Below, one piece after another: positions 28,278 to 33,044 of a DNA stretch of 33,044 nt. The position numbers were made by a program, and so were the translations under genes. The notes beneath the pieces are model-generated. The model saw nothing but the letters and a program-made list of their open reading frames with translations, was not told the origin of the DNA and made no database searches. Source of the DNA: Promethearchaeia archaeon (GTDB lineage Archaea > Asgardarchaeota > Lokiarchaeia > Sigyniarchaeales > SOKP01); the NCBI GenBank assembly GCA_029856145.1, contig JAHQWK010000015.1, forward strand, positions 1 to 33,044, read 5' to 3'. The first letter of the stretch is position 1. Each line of letters starts with the position of its first letter.

Positions 28278-28370
28278 ATAATCTCACCATATTTTTAAAA
28301 CCAGGTTCTATGAATTATAATATTATGATATCTACTTATTAAAAAATAAGAAAAAAAAATTAAAAAACTT

Positions 28371-28590
28371 GCTCATGAACATACTCCATCTCTTAATCTC
28401 ATCTCAATCTACCTCTCCAAATACTTTTATATACCCTTGCGCTCTAAGCCTGAACCTTTGGTTCCTCTTTCGAACGCCACACACTTGTGCTATTGAGAGT
28501 GGCGGGCTAAATAGGTCGCCCGAAAGCTCCCCACGTACACCCCCACCTCACTAAACCCGTCTTATACGGGTGCACTCGTCTCGTATACTC
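28371..28590. repeat. Dispersed repeat, copy F (longest), continuous with a GC-rich structured segment; candidate ncRNA or element end
   Basis: gctcatgaacatactccatc...ctctccaaatact...aagcctgaacctttggttcctctttc, followed by the stems cgccac/gtggcg, cgggc/gcccg and acccgt-cttat-acgggt. Confidence 0.8.
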
Positions 28591-28713
28591 TGATTTTTTT
28601 TATTTCATTTTTTATGTGATTTGTTCCATTATTTAAACCATTTATAGAACTAAAGCAAATTTGAGTTAGTTTTACTATCAAGTTTTAATATATATTAAAT
28701 TTCCAATTAAAAA

Positions 28714-28759
28714 TGGAACTATCGCGGAACTATCGGAAGCTCAATTATAAATGTAATCT
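28714..28759 (+). promoter_or_regulatory. 46-bp promoter/operator module, copy 1
   Basis: tGGAACTATCgcGGAACTATCggaagctcaaTTATAAAtgtaatct; 42/46 identical to 32496-32541. Confidence 0.75.
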
Positions 28760-28814
28760 TCTTAGTAATTTTTTCAATTCAATAATAAAAATCTTTAAAA
28801 AATGGTAAATAAAA

Positions 28815-31800
28815 ATGAAAAAAATAAAAGTTATTACGATTTTTTTCCTAATGTTACTTGGATTTAACTTCATATTACCTTTGAGCAAGTATATATATGT
28901 TAATCAATTAACTAATGAACCTAAAAATCCAAAATTAAGCAATGGAAGTATTATTATACAAACTCCCGAAAATAAAACATATACACAACCAATGAGAGGT
29001 CATTATCCCGCTACATATGGTTTTGAAAGTAAAGAAACGGGTACAAATCCAATTAATTGGCAAATTGATGATAATGGGGGTTCAGCAACCATAATTGATC
29101 ATTATAATGGTCATGAAAAGGTATTTCACTTAAAAGATAATTCAACGGAAGGAAATATTAGAGTAGAGCAAATTTTTGGTGAGTTACAATCTTCTGGGAC
29201 TATTGAATTCTGGATTGCAGACAGTAATGCTACTAATTCTTTAGTCACGTTATGGTTAGAATTACTTGATTCTAATGATGAAAGTAAAATTCGCTTGGTT
29301 ATAGATGATAATCAACTAAGATATAATAATGGAACAGAACAACATGTTGTTATAAATAATTTTGAGAATAATGTGTGGCATCATGTTAAAATTGATTTCA
29401 ATGCAGTTACCGATAAATGCGATATCTGGGCAGATGGAATTGAAGTTCTTACAAATGAAAATTGGTATATCTCAGGAGATAATATTAGGAAAATCGCGTT
29501 TAGCACTAGAATGAGTCTAGACTACGATATTTATCTTGATGCCCTTGGATATTCTTGGGATCCATATTATAACGAAGGAGATAACTTATATGAAGGATTA
29601 TTATTAAGTTACACCACATATTTTACTCCAGATTGGATTTCTTATTCTTTAGATGGTCAATCAAATAAAACTATCCTTGGAAATTCTACTATCCCTACAC
29701 CTGATCGAGGAATACATACTCTTCAAGTCTATGCAAACGATTCTATAGGCTCATTATATCAATCTGATATTCGATTTTTTAGTATTAATTATCAATCGCA
29801 TTTATTTGGTGAAAATTTTGAGACTATTACATATGAATCCCCTCAATCAAATGCGTCAGGATGGGGATCTGGGAGCATATCTTCTGAATTTAAGCAATTA
29901 AATATAATGGACGAAAGTTCTTACCAAAATGTAGAATATTTTGAGCTTGAAAAATCTGGTGATTATGTTTACATCATTTCTAGCGATGGTTTAACGGTAA
30001 TTGATGCTACCAATCCAGGAAATCTAACATCTATCACTGAATATGATTTTATAACTAACATCTATTCAGGTGGTATAGATATCGAAGGGAATTATGCATA
30101 TTTAGCTGCTGCAGAAAATGGATTGTTAATATTTGATATCTCTAATCCTTTACAACCCTCTCTTATAGGTTCTATTGATGTGTATAGATATGGAGGTTAT
30201 AATGTCGATATAGATTTAAATCCTGTTGATGTTGTTGTTTCAGGTAATTACGCTTATGTGGCTGGTGATGATTTTACTCATCACGCGGTTTTGGCTATAA
30301 ATGTAGCTAATCCTAGTGCTCCTGAAGTTGTATCGATTTGCTTATATGCTTTGGGTTGGTGGAATGCAAAATTAGCCCATAACGGAAATTTTTTGTATCT
30401 CTCAACTTATGGGATAATTGATATTTCTAATCCTAATAGTATATATCCACGAGGAAGTTTCGAAACAGGTAGTGGTTATCCAATGGACGTTGTATTAACT
30501 AGTAATTATGCCTATGTTTTGCGCGATTATCTATATATACTTGACTTAAATAATCCAGATGATCTATACCTAGCGGCTACCTGTTATGTTGGAGGGATTA
30601 GTATCCACAGAAATAACAATTATTTATATATTTCAACCAGTGTTTTTCCATATCCTACTATTGAAATTCGTGTGATAGACATCACTAATCCTGTAAATCC
30701 ACTATTGATTTACAGGTCTGATTGTAATCATCTGTTTAGCAGTATGAGAATTTCTGAAAACATACTTTATGGTACAAGGTATGCCTTTGGATTTATAGTG
30801 AGTGTTGATTTAAGTAACGTTGGTCAGTATCAATTAGCAACTATAGCTGAATCAAAAACAATCTCTTCAATTGGAGTGGATTATATATTTAAGGAATTTT
30901 ATTTATTGGTCGATCAAAATTTAGAGGGGGGAACCTTAATCCAATATTATTTATCTGTTGACAACGGCATCCATTGGGAAGAAATTAACCCTAATATTCA
31001 TTATAAAATTGAAAATAAAGGAAATGATTTGAAATGGAAGGCGATCTTCACTACTTCAAATCCTTATCATAAACCTACTCTAAATTCACTCACGATAGTA
31101 TATACATATAAAAAATTGCTTGAAGCTCCAAACCTTATAATGCCTTTAAACAATTCTTTAATTAATATAAACGAACCGAGTTTTGAATGGGAAAGTGTTT
31201 TTGGGACAATTAATTATTTAATAGAAATTGATACTTCATCAGACTTCAACTCTCTTAATATTCATCGTTATTACTCTCAAAACAATTTTTTATTCAATAT
31301 AATTTTGTCAGATGGACAATGGTTTTATAGAATAGCTGCGAACGATTCAGATGGAGATTTGGGATTTTATTCGGAGATAAGAAATTTTGGTATTGATACT
31401 GTTCCACCCGATATTCCCATTTTAATCTCCCCATTAAATAACACGTTAACTAATGATAATTTTCTAACTTTTCGCTGGACAGATATTCCTGACGTACGCA
31501 ATTACACTCTGCAATTCGACACATCTCCATTATTTACAAGTATCAATTTTATAGAAATAACAGATTTACCTTCAAATAATTTCACAACATCTCTAGACGA
31601 TGGTACATGGTATTGGAAATCTTGTGCAACGGATCTTGCTGGAAATAGGGGTTTCTTTTCGGAAATCCATTCTGTAACGATTGATTCTACTCCTCCAGAT
31701 ATTACCACTTTAATGGATCCGAATGATGAGAGTTTTATAAATACTGCGAGACCATCTTTCTCATGGAGTAGTGTATCCGATGCAGTAAATTATACATTGC

Positions 31801-32372
31801 AATTAGATAAATCTCCTTCCTTTTTGTCAATGGATCTTCTAGAATTACCTGGGATTAGATCCGAAAGTTACCGCGTAAGTTCGGACTTATCGGATGGTGA
31901 ATGGCATTGGAGGGTTTGCGCTTTTGATTCTGCTGGAAATCAGGGAATATATTCAAATTCATTTTCTTTAATTGTTGATACAATTATTCCGATTATTGAT
32001 AATCCTGATGATAATTCATATACACAAGGTAGTACAGGGAACGAAATTGCGTGGAATGGGTTTGATATCCATCCTGATTCATATTTTATAACAAGGGATG
32101 GAGTTACTATACATAATAGTCCTTGGGATGGAAGTCAAATCATTATTAATATTGATGGGTTATCAGCTGGTGAATACATATTTAATTGTACTATTTTTGA
32201 TAAAGGAGGCAATTTTAACAGTGATATTGTGTCTCTAAAGGTTGATTCCACTGAAACTGGTGGAGTGATTCCTTTTGAGTTGATTATTTTAACTTCCGTT
32301 ATTGGTGTAGGAACAGTAATAGGAGTAGCAAGCATATTGTTAATCAGAAGAAAAAGAAAAAACCCAAAATAA
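28815..32372 (+). CDS. Large membrane-anchored cell-surface protein (LamG/ConA-like domain, LVIVD repeats, Ig/FnIII-like repeats)
   Basis: N-terminal signal peptide; SGTIEFW/WHHVKIDF beta-sandwich; repeated GNYAY..GLLIFDISNP units; three LSDGxWxWR..D.AGN repeats plus one further Ig-like unit; C-terminal TM and RRKRK; many NxS/T sequons. Confidence 0.9.
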   Translation: MKKIKVITIFFLMLLGFNFILPLSKYIYVNQLTNEPKNPKLSNGSIIIQTPENKTYTQPMRGHYPATYGFESKETGTNPINWQIDDNGGSATIIDHYNGHEKVFHLKDNSTEGNIRVEQIFGELQSSGTIEFWIADSNATNSLVTLWLELLDSNDESKIRLVIDDNQLRYNNGTEQHVVINNFENNVWHHVKIDFNAVTDKCDIWADGIEVLTNENWYISGDNIRKIAFSTRMSLDYDIYLDALGYSWDPYYNEGDNLYEGLLLSYTTYFTPDWISYSLDGQSNKTILGNSTIPTPDRGIHTLQVYANDSIGSLYQSDIRFFSINYQSHLFGENFETITYESPQSNASGWGSGSISSEFKQLNIMDESSYQNVEYFELEKSGDYVYIISSDGLTVIDATNPGNLTSITEYDFITNIYSGGIDIEGNYAYLAAAENGLLIFDISNPLQPSLIGSIDVYRYGGYNVDIDLNPVDVVVSGNYAYVAGDDFTHHAVLAINVANPSAPEVVSICLYALGWWNAKLAHNGNFLYLSTYGIIDISNPNSIYPRGSFETGSGYPMDVVLTSNYAYVLRDYLYILDLNNPDDLYLAATCYVGGISIHRNNNYLYISTSVFPYPTIEIRVIDITNPVNPLLIYRSDCNHLFSSMRISENILYGTRYAFGFIVSVDLSNVGQYQLATIAESKTISSIGVDYIFKEFYLLVDQNLEGGTLIQYYLSVDNGIHWEEINPNIHYKIENKGNDLKWKAIFTTSNPYHKPTLNSLTIVYTYKKLLEAPNLIMPLNNSLININEPSFEWESVFGTINYLIEIDTSSDFNSLNIHRYYSQNNFLFNIILSDGQWFYRIAANDSDGDLGFYSEIRNFGIDTVPPDIPILISPLNNTLTNDNFLTFRWTDIPDVRNYTLQFDTSPLFTSINFIEITDLPSNNFTTSLDDGTWYWKSCATDLAGNRGFFSEIHSVTIDSTPPDITTLMDPNDESFINTARPSFSWSSVSDAVNYTLQLDKSPSFLSMDLLELPGIRSESYRVSSDLSDGEWHWRVCAFDSAGNQGIYSNSFSLIVDTIIPIIDNPDDNSYTQGSTGNEIAWNGFDIHPDSYFITRDGVTIHNSPWDGSQIIINIDGLSAGEYIFNCTIFDKGGNFNSDIVSLKVDSTETGGVIPFELIILTSVIGVGTVIGVASILLIRRKRKNPK

Positions 32373-32495
32373 AATAATAATTTCCAATTTTTTTTTTAAT
32401 TTTATTTTTAGTAAAAATTTCTTAGTTAACAATATTAATCATAACAGAAGACTCTATTTTTTTTATCTTTATTTTATAAAACATCCATAGAGAAT

Positions 32496-32541
32496 TGGAA
32501 CTATCACGGAACTTTCGGAAGCTCAATTATAAAGGAAATCT
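32496..32541 (+). promoter_or_regulatory. 46-bp promoter/operator module, copy 2
   Basis: tGGAACTATCacGGAACTTTCggaagctcaaTTATAAAggaaatct, upstream of the ORF starting at 32611. Confidence 0.75.
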
Positions 32542-32610
32542 AAATAATTTTTTTTTATACCAATAAAATCCTTGATTAAAAAAATATAAAGATAAAAAAG
32601 GGTGATGAAA

Positions 32611-33044
32611 ATGGTTAAAAATGAAGAACCATGGTCAAAAAAAGTATGGTATATAGAAGGGTTAATTCTATTATTAATGATTTTTACTGGAGTATATTCA
32701 AATATTACCGTGTTGGTAGTACTTGTCATACTTTCAGTAGTCGTGATTGGAATAATATCTATATACTTTAAACTTACTGAATCACCAGATATTAAGCCAG
32801 AGCTGATTCCTAGCAATTCAATTTCACAACAACTTGAAAATAATAGGCCCGGAACTTCATATAATGAGGATCAATACTCTTCGCTTAGAAATATCTTAAA
32901 CGTACCTACATCGAGTAGTTCATCAAGTACACAACAAATTGAACCGATAACTAGCAATTACTCATCAACAGTACAAGCCGAAGATAAATCACAAGCAAAT
33001 TATGTATCATTTGAAGGTGTACAGTACCGCGTACGGTCTAAATC
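32611..33044 (+). CDS. Membrane protein, truncated by the window edge (two N-terminal TM segments and a Ser-rich linker)
   Basis: Open frame MVKNEEPWSKKVWYIEGLILLLMIFTGVYSNITVLVVLVILSVVVIGIISIYFK...YVSFEGVQYRVRSK runs to the end of the window. GGTGA at 32601-32605. Absent from the ORF track. Confidence 0.8.
   Translation, partial: MVKNEEPWSKKVWYIEGLILLLMIFTGVYSNITVLVVLVILSVVVIGIISIYFKLTESPDIKPELIPSNSISQQLENNRPGTSYNEDQYSSLRNILNVPTSSSSSSTQQIEPITSNYSSTVQAEDKSQANYVSFEGVQYRVRSK

Noticed and set aside
28490-28530. Hammerhead ribozyme, tRNA, SRP RNA or RNase P RNA in the GC-rich segment
   Set aside because: A stem followed by GAAA is present but there is no CUGANGA core. No cloverleaf, SRP helix-8 motif or RNase P P4 consensus was found by eye.
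28369-28554. 61-aa ORF over repeat copy F, and a possible peptide from the minus-strand ATG in the repeat core
   Set aside because: The frame is not preserved between copies (indels; copy D has ATG TTC TAG), so the repeat is non-coding.
23000-28590. Repeat array read as CRISPR or as classical integron attC sites
   Set aside because: Start-to-start spacings are 336-2705 nt and contain whole genes, and the copies vary in length and sequence. They lack the RYYYAAC...GTTRRRY inverted ends and the palindromy of attC. No cas or intI gene is in the window.
301-32335. Remaining short track ORFs (301, 742, 2749, 3141, 3743, 6085, 6423, 9945, 13558, 14074, 14309, 14996, 15675, 18099, 18450, 19456, 20819, 22263, 25255, 27636, 31502, 32135)
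   Set aside because: Each overlaps a well-supported gene on the opposite strand or in another frame and shows no motif.
32523-32816. 97-aa minus-strand ORF
   Set aside because: It is antisense to the better supported plus-strand ORF at 32611, which has a ribosome-binding site, a promoter module and TM segments.

Overview
AT-rich archaeal chromosomal window, most likely from an Asgard archaeon (Lokiarchaeia-like). This is inferred from three Rab-like small GTPases, Loki-type zinc-ribbon, TPR, LRR-associated and Ig-like domains, a geranylgeranyl reductase, and archaeal TATA boxes, GGTGA ribosome-binding sites and T-tract terminators. The left part is mostly metabolic: nrdD, a MazG-like protein, mfnA, panB and ilvE, plus a 538-aa Rab with a long tail. 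The middle holds assorted small enzymes, two stop-interrupted genes, several unannotated micro-ORFs and a 7TM protein beside a Rab. The right part (about 23.0-28.6 kb) carries the strongest unexplained signal: six co-oriented copies of a non-coding pyrimidine-rich repeat that separate unrelated cargo genes. The longest copy runs into a GC-rich structured segment. Other notable signals are a decayed second copy of the nrdD 3' end bracketing an aspartyl-protease gene, and a 46-bp promoter/operator module duplicated in front of two cell-surface genes. No integrase, transposase, tRNA, rRNA or CRISPR array was recognised. All family calls come from reading motifs by eye; no database search was run.
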